Shown here: in pieces, positions 1 to 9,364 of the stretch
How positions within the stretch are numbered: position 1 is the stretch's first letter
Layout: each line of letters begins with the position of its first letter
Assembly: GCA_964595045.1 (NCBI GenBank)
Contig: CAZQOW010000003.1
Location: 1 to 36,980, forward strand
DNA from: an uncultured Pseudomonadota bacterium
GTDB taxonomy: Bacteria; UBA10199; JADFYH01
Length of the DNA stretch: 36,980 nt
Direction: 5' to 3'
The notes under the pieces: model-generated
Database searches by the model: none
What the model was told of the DNA's origin: nothing
Seen by the model: only the letters and a program-made list of their open reading frames with translations
Made by a program: the position numbers and the translations under genes

Positions 1-1
1 T

Positions 2-424
2 GGTTACTCTTTTATCGATAGCGATCGGGAGATTGAATCACGAGAAGGTAGAACCATTCATATGATTTTTGAAAGTGAAGGGGAAAAATATTTTAGAAAT
101 CTTGAACGAGAAACGATTGCCCGTTTGTCTCAAAATTCCAAATGTGTTCTTTCCATCGGGGGTGGGGCGATCTTAGATCCTGAAACGTTCGAAAGAATTC
201 ATCAGGCTGGAACGGTGATTCTTCTGAAAGCCGAGGTGAGTGAAATTGTGGGCCGACTCGGTCATGAAAATGAACGACCACTCCTTGCCGGTAAAGACCG
301 GAAAAAAACCATTCAAAAACTGGTGAAAGAGAGGGAGCCGGTTTATTCGAAGGTGGGAATTCAAATTGATACCACTGGGCTTGCGGTCGATGAGGTAGTT
401 CAAAAAATTTTAAAAAAGATTTAA
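2..424 (+). CDS. aroK: shikimate kinase, 5' end outside the window
   Basis: Frame 2 is open from the window edge and reads GYSFIDSDREIESREGRTIHMIFESEGEKYFRNLE..., the shikimate kinase core pattern (G..F.D.D..IE, IF...GE..FR..E). The listed ORF 62..424 is only the part after an internal Met. aroB starts 4 nt after the stop. Confidence 0.9.
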   Translation, partial: GYSFIDSDREIESREGRTIHMIFESEGEKYFRNLERETIARLSQNSKCVLSIGGGAILDPETFERIHQAGTVILLKAEVSEIVGRLGHENERPLLAGKDRKKTIQKLVKEREPVYSKVGIQIDTTGLAVDEVVQKILKKI

Positions 425-428
425 ATGA

Positions 429-1508
429 ATGAAATCGATTATTCTTTCCTTAAAAAATAAAAAATATCCGATCTACTTTTCTGATTCGAAAAATCGACTC
501 GGTCAAATTCTTTCAAAAAATTTTCGATCTTCCAAATGGATTGTTGTCACCAATCCAACCGTTGATAAACTTTATGGATCAAAGATTCGCAAAGAGCTGA
601 AAGGTTTGGGAGAGGTCGCGACTGTTTTAATTCCAGACGGCGAACAATTTAAAACTCTTCAAACCGTCGAGAAAATCTACCAGCAATTTTCAAACAATAA
701 AGTCGATCGAAAAACTCCTATCGTTGCGCTTGGAGGAGGGGTTGTTGGCGATGTGGCTGGTTTTGCTGCGGCGACTTATTTGAGAGGAATTCCACTCATC
801 CAAATTCCAACCACTTTGCTTTCACAGGTCGATTCGAGTGTCGGCGGAAAAACCGGAGTTGATTTATCGTTCGGGAAAAATTTGGTCGGAGCTTTTTATC
901 AACCGCATTTAGTTTGGATTGATACCGAATATCTTTCCACACTTCCTCGTCGTGAAATATTAGGTGGAGCGGCCGAGGTGATCAAGTATGGTGCGATACG
1001 AAGTCCATCGCTCTTTGCCCTTTTAGAAAAAAGAATAGAAGATTTTTTGGATCTGAATCCCTCCCTCATCCAAAAAATTATCCATGAATGTGTGCAGATC
1101 AAGGCAGAGGTAGTCGAAGAGGATGAAAAAGAGACCAAAGGGGTTCGGGAAATTCTCAACTTTGGACACACTTTGGGTCATGCGATTGAAACAGTTTCCA
1201 ATTACAAAATTTACAATCATGGAGAAGCGATCTCGATTGGAATGGTTTTCGCTGCAGAGCTTTCGGAACAGCTCGGCTTGTTGGGTCGAGAAAGTTCTGA
1301 CCGGTTGAAAGATCTTCTCCAAACTGCAGCGCTTCCCAGTAAGGTTCCCGATTATCCTCTCAAAAAATATCTGGAGGCGATGAGTCTTGATAAAAAAATG
1401 AATGCTGGAAAAATACGGTATGTATTGTTGAAAAAAATTGGAGCGACACAAGTCAAAGAATTAGAGTTAAAAGAGGTTGGAAAAGTATTAACCCGATTTT
1501 TAAAATAA
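429..1508 (+). CDS. aroB: 3-dehydroquinate synthase
   Basis: 359-aa ORF carrying GGGVVGDVAGFAAATYLRGIPLIQIPTTLLSQVDSSVGGKTGV, NFGHTLGHAIE and HGEAISIGM, the standard DHQ synthase nucleotide and metal motifs. It is adjacent to aroK. Confidence 0.95.
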   Translation: MKSIILSLKNKKYPIYFSDSKNRLGQILSKNFRSSKWIVVTNPTVDKLYGSKIRKELKGLGEVATVLIPDGEQFKTLQTVEKIYQQFSNNKVDRKTPIVALGGGVVGDVAGFAAATYLRGIPLIQIPTTLLSQVDSSVGGKTGVDLSFGKNLVGAFYQPHLVWIDTEYLSTLPRREILGGAAEVIKYGAIRSPSLFALLEKRIEDFLDLNPSLIQKIIHECVQIKAEVVEEDEKETKGVREILNFGHTLGHAIETVSNYKIYNHGEAISIGMVFAAELSEQLGLLGRESSDRLKDLLQTAALPSKVPDYPLKKYLEAMSLDKKMNAGKIRYVLLKKIGATQVKELELKEVGKVLTRFLK

Positions 1509-1509
1509 T

Positions 1510-4500
1510 TTATCCGCCATCTTGATCTCGATAAATATGAATTTGCCGATCAGGAAAAATATTTTCAAGATCGATGGACGGAAAAGGCTTTTCCTGATGA
1601 TGTTTTCCATCGGGTAAATAAATTTCTTCATTAGGAATTTGAAGACTTATTCCATCTAAGCGAACTGCTTGTTGCAACCATTCACCAAATCGAAGTTCAT
1701 CTGAATAAAGATTGTCTCCTCGAAGACTGATGCGATTTCTCCTTTTTCTTTCTCTTCCTTTGTTGAATCCGAGTTCTATAATCATTCGGCCACCAATTCT
1801 CTTCTCGCCTGCTTGTGGTAGCACCAAATTCGCAATTAAAAACTGGCCATAGATCATCGGGTTTACTAATTCTCCAGAGGTATTATTTGTAGTTGGCTCA
1901 GTGGGGCGTTGACAGGTGAGAGTTGGATAAAGTCCGCGAACCATGAAAACAGTTGGGTCTGCAGTAATCTCTACGTGTCCATCTGGAATCATAGTTTTCT
2001 TTGCCTGATTGATTTCTTCCAAAGATTTAATCAGAGTTTTGAAGAGAGGAATCAGTTCAAGATAAGTCTCTGGAAGAAGAGTCCTTAAAAGTGAAGCATG
2101 ATCTGAAAAAAAACGGATGATCCCCTGAACTGATTGTTGATTGACCGGTTTTTCCTCATGCATCATTACTAAAGTGTTCGCAAAAAGGGACAGTACTCTT
2201 CGAAAGTCAGGGAGTTTTGGTTTTAGAGCCTCTGCCACTTTGTCAGTTAACCATTGTTGATGCAGAAGACGTTCAACCTCTTTCAAAGAGGTTGGAAAAT
2301 AAGTAGTAAAAGCGCCACTCGGTAATGCAAATGCCCCTTGTAATTTTTTTAAAGTCTGCTGATAAGCTCCGCGACGGCGTTGTTCGGGGGTGACGATTCC
2401 TAAACTTTCAACAATTTCTCTGAGAGAGTATCTTCTTGTTTTTCCCCACTTCTCGATGAGTGAAGGAGGAACTCCCATCGATTGTAAATAATCATATCTT
2501 TCTTTTATCACTACCTGTCCTTCTTCAATTCTCGCTCCAAGGAGTTGATCGGTAAAAATTTGCAAAGCGGAAAGACCGGTTTCGTCGGAGAATTGTGCGG
2601 CAATTCCCAGATAGTGAAAAAAATTATTTTGGGCAAACAGCTCAGAATTATTTCGATAAATTTCTAGTAATTTTTCTTTTTCCGAATCTGAAAGCTCCAA
2701 TGTTGTCATCAATGGATCGAGTAGTCTTTTGCTAAAACTGTCTCGTAAACGGTGAATTTCTTCTTCAATAACCCTTTCTTCCAATTGAAAATGGTTCATT
2801 GTATCGATTGCTACTTCGTGTGCGGCACCGAACTCACTCATTAATCCTTGAAATAAAACCCATCTCTTTCGAGTTTCCTTATTCTTATGTTCCGCAACAG
2901 GAAGACGTTCGACAAGATCTGAAATGAGTCTTCCAGATTTTCCATCTCTTTTTACCATAAAGCAGATGACATAAGTCGAGCGAAGAAAGTCAAGAGAGTG
3001 CCGATAAACTGAAATTGCGTTTTTTAATTTGTCACTTGTTTCACTTGGCAGTTCGTCGGTCTGGGCAATCACGTCATCCAAACGTTCCTGAGTTAAATGC
3101 TCTTTTGAGCCTAAAATAGTTTTGAGGAGCGAGGAGGCAATCATCGGAGTTTTTGGAATCGAAAAAGCGGCCGGAACATCTTTGGCAATTAACTCGTAGG
3201 CAGCCTTAATAATGGATCCATAACTTTCGGATTCAAGAAAATCTTCGAGAATGGCGAAATCTCTAAAGTGTAATTCGGATGTCTCAATAATCTCAGCGAC
3301 TATTTGAATGATTTCTTTCGGCGGCTTTTCTCTTTTGTAATGATCGATTTCTCTTTTGAAAGTTATAAAAAATCCCCAACTCAAAAGAGCTTCTCTGTTC
3401 GGAGATAAACTGGCAAGTTCACCTAGGAATTGGCTCATTCGTCTGAGTAGGCGAAAGTTTGCTATCTGTTCTTGAGGCGAATCAGAACACTCAATGCGAA
3501 TAGCAAAAAGGGAAAATTTATCCCCAATGCGAGCGTCTTGATAAGCTGGATCTTGTTTTTCCAATCCTTTTTTAAATTCTTCAAAAAACGGAGCATTTTC
3601 ATTCTGTCTAAACATTTCTTCAATAATGTCGACTGCTTCGGTTTCTTCTCGACGACATAAAATCCTCAATTGGTCTTCAATAGAAACTGCCTGAATCACC
3701 CGGTGAAACCATCTTGGGTCAGCCATTTCTTCGTCCATAATTTTATGCATGAGTGAGCTGTCATAACTCTTTAATTCATGTGTCTGACTGATATCTTCTT
3801 GTTGATGTTCCTCAAAATATTCGTCAAATTTTTCTTTAACTCCAGATCTCCAGGTAAAATCGAAACCGTGTTCTACTTCAAATCCCAAGATGTTCTGAAC
3901 AAAATGATCAAAAATTTTATGGTACTTTTCTCTTTTTCCAATTTTCTTGGCGGTTACTTTAGGAGCCGGCGTGACTTTGTGTTGCTGAGTAAATTGACAG
4001 AGAATCGCAAGGGATGGATCGGAATTTAAATCGGCCCAAAACGGTTCTGTGGCAGGAATTCTTTTAAGAGCGGCAGCGATAAAACTCTTCATTTGCTGAT
4101 CTTGAAAGCGATCAGAATGAGTCTCTGCCATATGTTTCAGAAGTTGTGGAAGATCAGAAACAGGAATTTTCCCCAATCCTAAAAATGCACCCATCCAATC
4201 TCCTTTTGAAATTTGGGTCAGAATAGGATGATTTGAAAAGCTACTTTCTTCTCTTGCTCCACCCCCTTTTGTAAAACAGGCTTGAGCTTTTTGATGAACT
4301 TCTTCTCGAATTTCAGAAAATACGACCCCTTCAGGAGTGGCTAATTCCTCCATTCCGTAAAATAAGGATCGGCGAGGAATCCGAGGTTTATGATTGGAGA
4401 AATTGGTTTTATATAATTCTTTCTTCAAGGAGAAAATTGCCTGATTCTCGACCACTCCCGGAATAAAATGACAAATCTCTCCGCTGATATGCATCTGAAA

Positions 4501-5034
4501 AGCTACAGCGCGTGCATGCATCCATCTTTCCGTTATTCCAATATTCTGAACTTCCCGGAGTTGTAGGGTTTCAAAGGTGAAATCGACCCCCATGACTGCA
4601 CAATCTTGGGCAATCCAACTGACGATTAAATTGGAATGGGTATATTTTCCTACGACACGAGAGAGACCGATCACCAAAGCTCCATGTCCTGTTCCAATTC
4701 CAAAGGTAGAAAATGATCCCCCCTCTTGAATCATCGGGAATCCGGCAAAAAATCCCCCTTCCGTGAGGATACCAGCGAGAGAAGAGAGATGAGGAACTGC
4801 TTGGGCAAAACGGGAGGTCGAAAAGGTGGTGAGAGAGGTAAGAGATCGAAAACAGGTAAGTTCGACTGTTCTAGCAACTGCACCACCAGCGACTAAACTA
4901 AATAATGTTAGAGGGTTGCACGCTTCGCTCAACACACTTTGAATCATTTGAGAACAGGAAAGTTGCAGAGCGGTGAGTCTATATTCCTCTTCTTCTTGGA
5001 TTGAAAATATTTCAGAACGAATTGAAAACACCAT
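1510..5034 (-). CDS. large hypothetical protein (about 1,174 aa), no recognisable domain
   Basis: Uninterrupted ORF 1510..5127. The GTG at 5127 has no SD, and the first 31 codons (MIKPFFCFLATFFKNLRFIII...) look like translated spacer. The in-frame ATG at 5034 has AAGGA 11 nt upstream, so I place the start there. I found no P-loop, HExxH or GxSxG. Residues about 60-200 are Gly/Ala/Ser/Thr-rich and hydrophobic (LVAGGAVARTVELT, GGFFAGFPMIQEGGSFSTFGIGTGHGALVIGL). Confidence 0.75.
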   Translation of the reverse strand: MVFSIRSEIFSIQEEEEYRLTALQLSCSQMIQSVLSEACNPLTLFSLVAGGAVARTVELTCFRSLTSLTTFSTSRFAQAVPHLSSLAGILTEGGFFAGFPMIQEGGSFSTFGIGTGHGALVIGLSRVVGKYTHSNLIVSWIAQDCAVMGVDFTFETLQLREVQNIGITERWMHARAVAFQMHISGEICHFIPGVVENQAIFSLKKELYKTNFSNHKPRIPRRSLFYGMEELATPEGVVFSEIREEVHQKAQACFTKGGGAREESSFSNHPILTQISKGDWMGAFLGLGKIPVSDLPQLLKHMAETHSDRFQDQQMKSFIAAALKRIPATEPFWADLNSDPSLAILCQFTQQHKVTPAPKVTAKKIGKREKYHKIFDHFVQNILGFEVEHGFDFTWRSGVKEKFDEYFEEHQQEDISQTHELKSYDSSLMHKIMDEEMADPRWFHRVIQAVSIEDQLRILCRREETEAVDIIEEMFRQNENAPFFEEFKKGLEKQDPAYQDARIGDKFSLFAIRIECSDSPQEQIANFRLLRRMSQFLGELASLSPNREALLSWGFFITFKREIDHYKREKPPKEIIQIVAEIIETSELHFRDFAILEDFLESESYGSIIKAAYELIAKDVPAAFSIPKTPMIASSLLKTILGSKEHLTQERLDDVIAQTDELPSETSDKLKNAISVYRHSLDFLRSTYVICFMVKRDGKSGRLISDLVERLPVAEHKNKETRKRWVLFQGLMSEFGAAHEVAIDTMNHFQLEERVIEEEIHRLRDSFSKRLLDPLMTTLELSDSEKEKLLEIYRNNSELFAQNNFFHYLGIAAQFSDETGLSALQIFTDQLLGARIEEGQVVIKERYDYLQSMGVPPSLIEKWGKTRRYSLREIVESLGIVTPEQRRRGAYQQTLKKLQGAFALPSGAFTTYFPTSLKEVERLLHQQWLTDKVAEALKPKLPDFRRVLSLFANTLVMMHEEKPVNQQSVQGIIRFFSDHASLLRTLLPETYLELIPLFKTLIKSLEEINQAKKTMIPDGHVEITADPTVFMVRGLYPTLTCQRPTEPTTNNTSGELVNPMIYGQFLIANLVLPQAGEKRIGGRMIIELGFNKGRERKRRNRISLRGDNLYSDELRFGEWLQQAVRLDGISLQIPNEEIYLPDGKHHQEKPFPSIDLENIFPDRQIHIYRDQDGG

Positions 5035-5155
5035 TGTATTTCTTTTCCTTTTTCTAATCGGTTGAATAATGATAAATCGGAGGTTTTTAAAAAAAGTTGC
5101 GAGAAAACAAAAGAATGGTTTAATCACTCATCTGAAATTATTATAAGGAAATCCT

Positions 5156-5425
5156 ATGAGTTTTAATCTCGATTCAATTTTTCATACCAAAACCATGGTC
5201 AAAATCTTGAAAGATCAAGGTCATCTACGTTATGCCGAAAAAATTTGTCAGGAAGTTCTGGAGAAAAACCGCTCCGATCAAGAATCAGAAGAGTTGTTAA
5301 AATCGATTCAAGCTTTGCTAAATCAAAATAGAAATCCATTTATTTCAAATCAGGAAAAAACGGTTTCTTCTTCCTCTATTTCTGAAGAGAAAAAAGATTT
5401 TGAAGAAGAGGAACCGACGGTTTAA
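5156..5425 (+). CDS. small hypothetical protein (89 aa), acidic C-terminus
   Basis: ATG preceded by AAGGAAA 6-7 nt upstream. It ends 6 nt before aroQ, suggesting coupling. It has one helical TPR-like stretch (LRYAEKICQEVLEKN) and no recognisable family. Confidence 0.5.
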   Translation: MSFNLDSIFHTKTMVKILKDQGHLRYAEKICQEVLEKNRSDQESEELLKSIQALLNQNRNPFISNQEKTVSSSSISEEKKDFEEEEPTV

Positions 5426-5431
5426 GACAAT

Positions 5432-5887
5432 ATGCCAACTTCGAAAAAGAAAAAAATTTTAGTGATTCATGGACCCAATCTAAATCTTTTGGGAGAGAGA
5501 GAAAAAAATATCTATGGCTCTTTATCGCTAAAAAAAATTAATTCGGAGATTGAAAAGTTGGCAAAAGAGTTAAAACTTGAGGTTGAGTTTTTTCAGGATA
5601 ACTCCGAAGGAAATATCGTTACAAAAATCCAAGAATCCCGAAAAAATTTTGCTGGAGTGGTGATTAATCCAGCCGCATTTACCCATACGTCAGTTGCGAT
5701 TCGGGATGCGATAGCGGCGATTGAAATTCCGGTCATTGAAGTTCATCTGAGCAATATCTATTCCCGAGAGGCTTTTCGACATCATTCTTATGTTGCTTCG
5801 GTAGCAAAAGGTCAGATTTCAGGTTTTGGATTAGATAGCTATCTGCTTGCTTTGAGAGCAGTTTCTTCTTTTTTAAAATCTAGGTGA
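5432..5887 (+). CDS. aroQ: type II 3-dehydroquinate dehydratase
   Basis: Carries [34 protein letters not shown] and [17 protein letters not shown], the classic type II dehydroquinase signatures. Confidence 0.95.
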   Translation: MPTSKKKKILVIHGPNLNLLGEREKNIYGSLSLKKINSEIEKLAKELKLEVEFFQDNSEGNIVTKIQESRKNFAGVVINPAAFTHTSVAIRDAIAAIEIPVIEVHLSNIYSREAFRHHSYVASVAKGQISGFGLDSYLLALRAVSSFLKSR

Positions 5888-5914
5888 TGGTTTAATTGTA
5901 CCTCTGCTTCCAGA

Positions 5915-5935
5915 CCTCTCCCTCCAGGGGAGAGG
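5915..5935. repeat. REP-like GC-rich hairpin, family B (CCTCTCCC / GGGAGAGG)
   Basis: 8-bp perfect stem CCTCTCCC (5915-5922) / GGGAGAGG (5928-5935) with loop TCCAG, just downstream of aroQ. It has the same core as the element at 6924-6946, in the same orientation. Confidence 0.6.
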
Positions 5936-6044
5936 GAGAATAAAAATAATAAATCTTCAAAATTATTCAAAAAACTTGATTAAACCTGATAAGGAGAATC
6001 AACGTTATAGAGGGTTTGCTTAGAGTTAATTAAAACTGTCTCCA

Positions 6045-6073
6045 TTGTAGGGTTGAGAAAATATCGCTATAAT
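6045..6073 (+). promoter_or_regulatory. candidate sigma70-type promoter (TTGTAG-17-TATAAT) abutting the TPR gene start
   Basis: -35 TTGTAG at 6045-6050, a 17-nt spacer, and a perfect -10 TATAAT at 6068-6073. The ATG at 6081 lies 7 nt after the -10 and has no SD. Confidence 0.35.
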
Positions 6074-6080
6074 TTGGTTT

Positions 6081-6875
6081 ATGAATCCTCTTCATATTTC
6101 AAATTTATCGCTGGAAAATTCGAAAGAGTTGAATCTCATGCAACAATTCAGAAATCTTTTTAAGCCGAATCGATTTGATAAAGAGTTAGAAGAAGCTTTG
6201 TCTGCGAGTGAAGAAACTCCTAACGATCTTCGATTGAAAATAAAAATCGGTGAAATTTATTTTAAAAAACGGGAGATCGCTAAAGGGGTTTCTTATTTTA
6301 GTAGCGTGGCAGAAAGTTTTTTAGAATCTGGTTTTATTTTAAAAGCGATTGCAATTTATAAAAATATCATCCGAATGCTTCCGGGATCGGTTGAATATAA
6401 TGAAAAACTGGCAGAACTTTATCATCAAATTGGAATGAACAAAGATGCGATTATCCAATATCTGATTGTCGTGAACTATTATCAAAATCACCAAAACAAG
6501 GAAAAAGTCTTGGAGTCGGCGCGAAAGATGGTAGCGCTTGATCCGCAAGATATTCAAAACCGAATGCGACTTGCCGAGATTTATTATAATCAGGGATTAC
6601 AAAATGAAGCGTTGGCAGAATATGAAGAAATCGGAAAACAGCTAAAAAACAAGGATGAAAAAGAGATCGGTTTATTGATTGATGTTTTGGAGAAAGTTTT
6701 CTTTCGGAGGCCGAAAGATAAACAACTTTTGCATGAAATTTGTTCTCTTTATTTAAAGAATAACGATCCACAACCGGCGATGAGAAAGATTGAAAAAAAT
6801 AAGCTGATTGATGATCTTGAGTTTAAATCGCTTTATGAAGAGGCAAGAAAATTGTTTGAGGAGAGTAAGAAGTAG
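6081..6875 (+). CDS. tetratricopeptide-repeat (TPR) protein
   Basis: 264-aa helical repeat protein with TPR-like units (AIAIYKNIIRMLPGSVEYNEKLAELYHQIGMNKDAIIQY; RLAEIYYNQGLQNEALAEYEEIGKQL). An alternative start at ATG 6138 has AAAGAG 9 nt upstream. Confidence 0.7.
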   Translation: MNPLHISNLSLENSKELNLMQQFRNLFKPNRFDKELEEALSASEETPNDLRLKIKIGEIYFKKREIAKGVSYFSSVAESFLESGFILKAIAIYKNIIRMLPGSVEYNEKLAELYHQIGMNKDAIIQYLIVVNYYQNHQNKEKVLESARKMVALDPQDIQNRMRLAEIYYNQGLQNEALAEYEEIGKQLKNKDEKEIGLLIDVLEKVFFRRPKDKQLLHEICSLYLKNNDPQPAMRKIEKNKLIDDLEFKSLYEEARKLFEESKK

Positions 6876-6923
6876 AGAGTTTTTAATTTCATCTCTTTTC
6901 CCAACTCTGCCTTCTCACCCCAG

Positions 6924-6946
6924 CCCTCTCCCTCATAGAGAGAGGG
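6924..6946. repeat. REP-like GC-rich hairpin, family B
   Basis: CCCTCTC (6924-6930) / GAGAGGG (6940-6946) with a 9-nt spacer. The shared core CTCTCCCTC...GAGAGGGA matches 5915-5935. It generates the spurious ORF 6808..7035 (..SHPSPLPHRERE..). Confidence 0.55.
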
Positions 6947-7015
6947 AATACAAGAGCGAATCATTTTATGAAACCACTGGATTTTTAATTCCAATCCGTT
7001 CTATCTTTCCACCCC

Positions 7016-8269
7016 ATGAAAATTCACTCAATTAAAGGAATGCGGGATATCGGTCCTGCGGAAATCGAAATCTGGCAAGCGATTGAAAGTATCGCTCGCG
7101 AAGTTTTTGAAACGGCCAATTTTTCAGAACTACGAACGCCGGTTTTAGAAGAAGAGGCGCTCTTTACCCAGAGCATCGGAAACTCCACCGAAATTGTCGA
7201 AAAAGAGATGTATCGTTTTCCCGATCGTCATGAAAAGATGTTGGCACTTCGTCCAGAGGGAACTGCCTCTGTCGTTCGCGCCTATATTGAAAATTATCTT
7301 TCGAAGGGAGAACAGTTTCACCGCTTTTATTATATCGGGCCGATGTTTCGATATGAACGTCCGCAAAAAGGGAGATATCGACAATTCTATCAAATCGGAG
7401 CCGAGGTTTTTGGCTTAAATAGCCCCTTTGCCGATGCCGAGTTGATTCATCTCGTCGATGAAATTTTTCGAAAACTCGGTCTTCAAAAGGTTCAACTTCA
7501 AATCAATTCACTTGGCTGCAAAAAATGTCGTCCGATATTTCGAGAGGCGTTGCTTCAATTTCTTCAACCGCTTGCTCCAAAACTTTGTGAAGATTGTAAT
7601 CGTCGTTTAACAAAAAATCCGCTTCGGATTCTCGATTGTAAAAATGAGAAATGCAAAGAGGCGATTGTGGATGCCCCTTCCTCAATCCAATACCTAGATG
7701 AAGAATGTTTGACCCATTTTGAATCGGTTCAAAAATGGCTTCGTTCCTTTTCCGTTCAATATCAAGTCAATCCTCGCATTGTGCGAGGGCTAGATTATTA
7801 TGAGAGGACTGCGTTTGAGTTTTTAAGCAATGATTTAGGTTCTCAAAACGCGGTGGCAGGGGGTGGAAGATATGATGATCTTGTTCATTCTCTCGGTGGT
7901 CCTCCCACTCCGGCAGTCGGATTTGCCTTGGGGTTAGAAAGATTGGTCAGTCTGGTTTCTGAGAACTCTTCGCTCAAGAAAAAAAGAAGAAATATCTACT
8001 TTGCTTGCCTCGGAGAAGCGGCCCAAATGAGAGTTCTCCCATTTTTACTTCCACTTCGGCAAGCCGGAAACATTGTTTACATTGACTCTGAAGGAAAATC
8101 ACTCAAATCGATGCTCCGCTATGCCAATCGTTGGGGCGCAGATTATGTGGTGATTCTCGGCGAGAATGAGTTGAATCAAGGAATTGTCCAACTCAAAGAG
8201 ATGAAAGATCAAGGAGAGCAGAAAGAGGTTCCGATCGATTCATTGATCGCCTATTTTCAGAATCGATAA
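7016..8269 (+). CDS. hisS: histidine--tRNA ligase
   Basis: Class II aaRS motifs MFRYERPQKGRYRQFYQIGAEVFG, AVAGGGRYDDLV and AVGFALGLERL, plus a C-terminal anticodon-binding domain. It contains a Cys-rich insertion (CKKC...CEDC...CKNEKC). Confidence 0.95.
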   Translation: MKIHSIKGMRDIGPAEIEIWQAIESIAREVFETANFSELRTPVLEEEALFTQSIGNSTEIVEKEMYRFPDRHEKMLALRPEGTASVVRAYIENYLSKGEQFHRFYYIGPMFRYERPQKGRYRQFYQIGAEVFGLNSPFADAELIHLVDEIFRKLGLQKVQLQINSLGCKKCRPIFREALLQFLQPLAPKLCEDCNRRLTKNPLRILDCKNEKCKEAIVDAPSSIQYLDEECLTHFESVQKWLRSFSVQYQVNPRIVRGLDYYERTAFEFLSNDLGSQNAVAGGGRYDDLVHSLGGPPTPAVGFALGLERLVSLVSENSSLKKKRRNIYFACLGEAAQMRVLPFLLPLRQAGNIVYIDSEGKSLKSMLRYANRWGADYVVILGENELNQGIVQLKEMKDQGEQKEVPIDSLIAYFQNR

Positions 8270-8343
8270 ACAGTTTTACAATTTTTAAAAAATGGGTATC
8301 TTACTCCTGCCTTTTAATAAAAATCATTCAATGAGATAAACTT

Positions 8344-9255
8344 ATGATCCGACCCTCTCCTCTTCGAAAAGGAGATCTGATTGGAATCGCTGCTCCTGCA
8401 AGTTCTTTTGACCCGATTGAATTTCAGAAAGGGGTTCAAAAGCTTGAGTTGCTTGGATTTCGTGTCCATTTTCGGGAAGATATCTTTTCAAAAGAGCGTT
8501 ATCTTGCTGGTTCTGATGAGCGGCGAGCCGAAGAGTTGAATGAGCTTTTTGGAAATCCAAAGATCAAGGCGATTTTTTTCGCGCGCGGTGGGTATGGAAC
8601 GCAAAGAATTATTCCTCTTTTAAATCCTGATCTTATTTCAAAAAATCCGAAAATTGTGATGGGATATTCCGATATCACCACTTTACTTATCTATTTGTAT
8701 CAACGTTTTTCATGGGTCACTTTTCATGGTCCGGTTATTGCCAAAGCGATGGGGGATTCTTTTCAGGAAAGAGGTCAACGTTCTTTGGTGAGAACTTTGA
8801 TGAATCCCGATCGACTGGGAGAAATCAAACCGGAGGGGATGATCTATATCCAAGAAGGAAAAGCGAGAGGGATTTTGGTGGGGGGTTGTCTTTCGCTGAT
8901 TTTATCCAGTTTAAAAACCTCTTATGAGCTGGCATTCAGCGACAAAATTCTTTTTTTTGAGGATGTGAATGAGCCGCTTTATAAAATTGATCGAATGTTT
9001 ACCCAACTTCGAATGAGCGGAAAATTGTTAAGAGTTCGTGGGATTGTTTTTGGCCCATTTTCGGGAAGTGGCGAAAAGAATCTCGAGGTTCAAGAACTGT
9101 TGCTCGAGGTTTTAAAAGGGTTGGAAGTTCCAATTATTTTTGGATTTCCTTCGGGTCATCTTGAAGATATGATGACGATTCCATTGGGGGTTGAAGTCGA
9201 GCTAGATTCAAAAAAAGGATCGATTAATTTTTTAGAAGGTGGTGTGGCAATTTAG
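8344..9255 (+). CDS. ldcA: LD-carboxypeptidase (muramoyltetrapeptide carboxypeptidase, peptidase S66)
   Basis: S66 catalytic triad context: GYSDITTL (Ser), FEDVNE (Glu), FPSGH (His). Length of 303 aa is typical. Confidence 0.85.
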   Translation: MIRPSPLRKGDLIGIAAPASSFDPIEFQKGVQKLELLGFRVHFREDIFSKERYLAGSDERRAEELNELFGNPKIKAIFFARGGYGTQRIIPLLNPDLISKNPKIVMGYSDITTLLIYLYQRFSWVTFHGPVIAKAMGDSFQERGQRSLVRTLMNPDRLGEIKPEGMIYIQEGKARGILVGGCLSLILSSLKTSYELAFSDKILFFEDVNEPLYKIDRMFTQLRMSGKLLRVRGIVFGPFSGSGEKNLEVQELLLEVLKGLEVPIIFGFPSGHLEDMMTIPLGVEVELDSKKGSINFLEGGVAI

Positions 9256-9277
9256 GGGCGAACGTTGTGTTCGCCCT
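9254..9277. repeat. REP-like hairpin, family A (TAGGGGCG...CGCCCCTA)
   Basis: AGGGGCGAACGTTGTGTTCGCCCT with stem GGGCGAAC/GTTCGCCC and loop GTTGT. It overlaps the ldcA stop codon (TAG 9253-9255). An inverted partner lies at 9322-9345. Confidence 0.7.
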
Positions 9278-9321
9278 AAAAATGTTGGCGAAATATAAAA
9301 TTTGGGATGATCCACGCAGTC

Positions 9322-9345
9322 AGGGTGAACACAACGTTCGCCCCT
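9322..9345. repeat. REP-like hairpin, family A, inverted copy
   Basis: AGGGTGAACACAACGTTCGCCCCT is the reverse complement of 9254-9277 with one mismatch. The two form a BIME-like inverted pair 44 nt apart. Confidence 0.7.
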
Positions 9346-9364
9346 AAGCATCAGATTGGGGTAG

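Noticed and set aside
93-403. Antisense ORFs inside aroK (93..281, 173..403). Similar antisense or alternate-frame ORFs occur inside other genes, for example 899..1171, 1023..1451, 3472..3660, 3778..4029, 6339..6771, 7145..7685, 9945..10287, 17875..18144, 19984..20841, 22771..23169, 25042..25336, 26921..27260, 31459..32231, 33114..33899, 34729..35372 and 35676..36233.
   Set aside because: Each lies wholly inside a longer ORF with clear family motifs on the other strand or frame. Their translations are low-complexity with no motifs, which is typical of shadow ORFs in AT-rich DNA.
5035-5127. GTG start at 5127 for the giant ORF (1,205 aa).
   Set aside because: There is no SD, and the first 31 residues look like translated spacer. 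ATG 5034 has AAGGA at suitable spacing. I cannot exclude the longer form without N-terminal data.
6808-7035. 75-aa ORF between the TPR gene and hisS.
   Set aside because: Its sequence (..LPSHPSPLPHREREYK..) is the translation of the family B REP palindrome, and it overlaps the hisS start. It is an artefact of the repeat.
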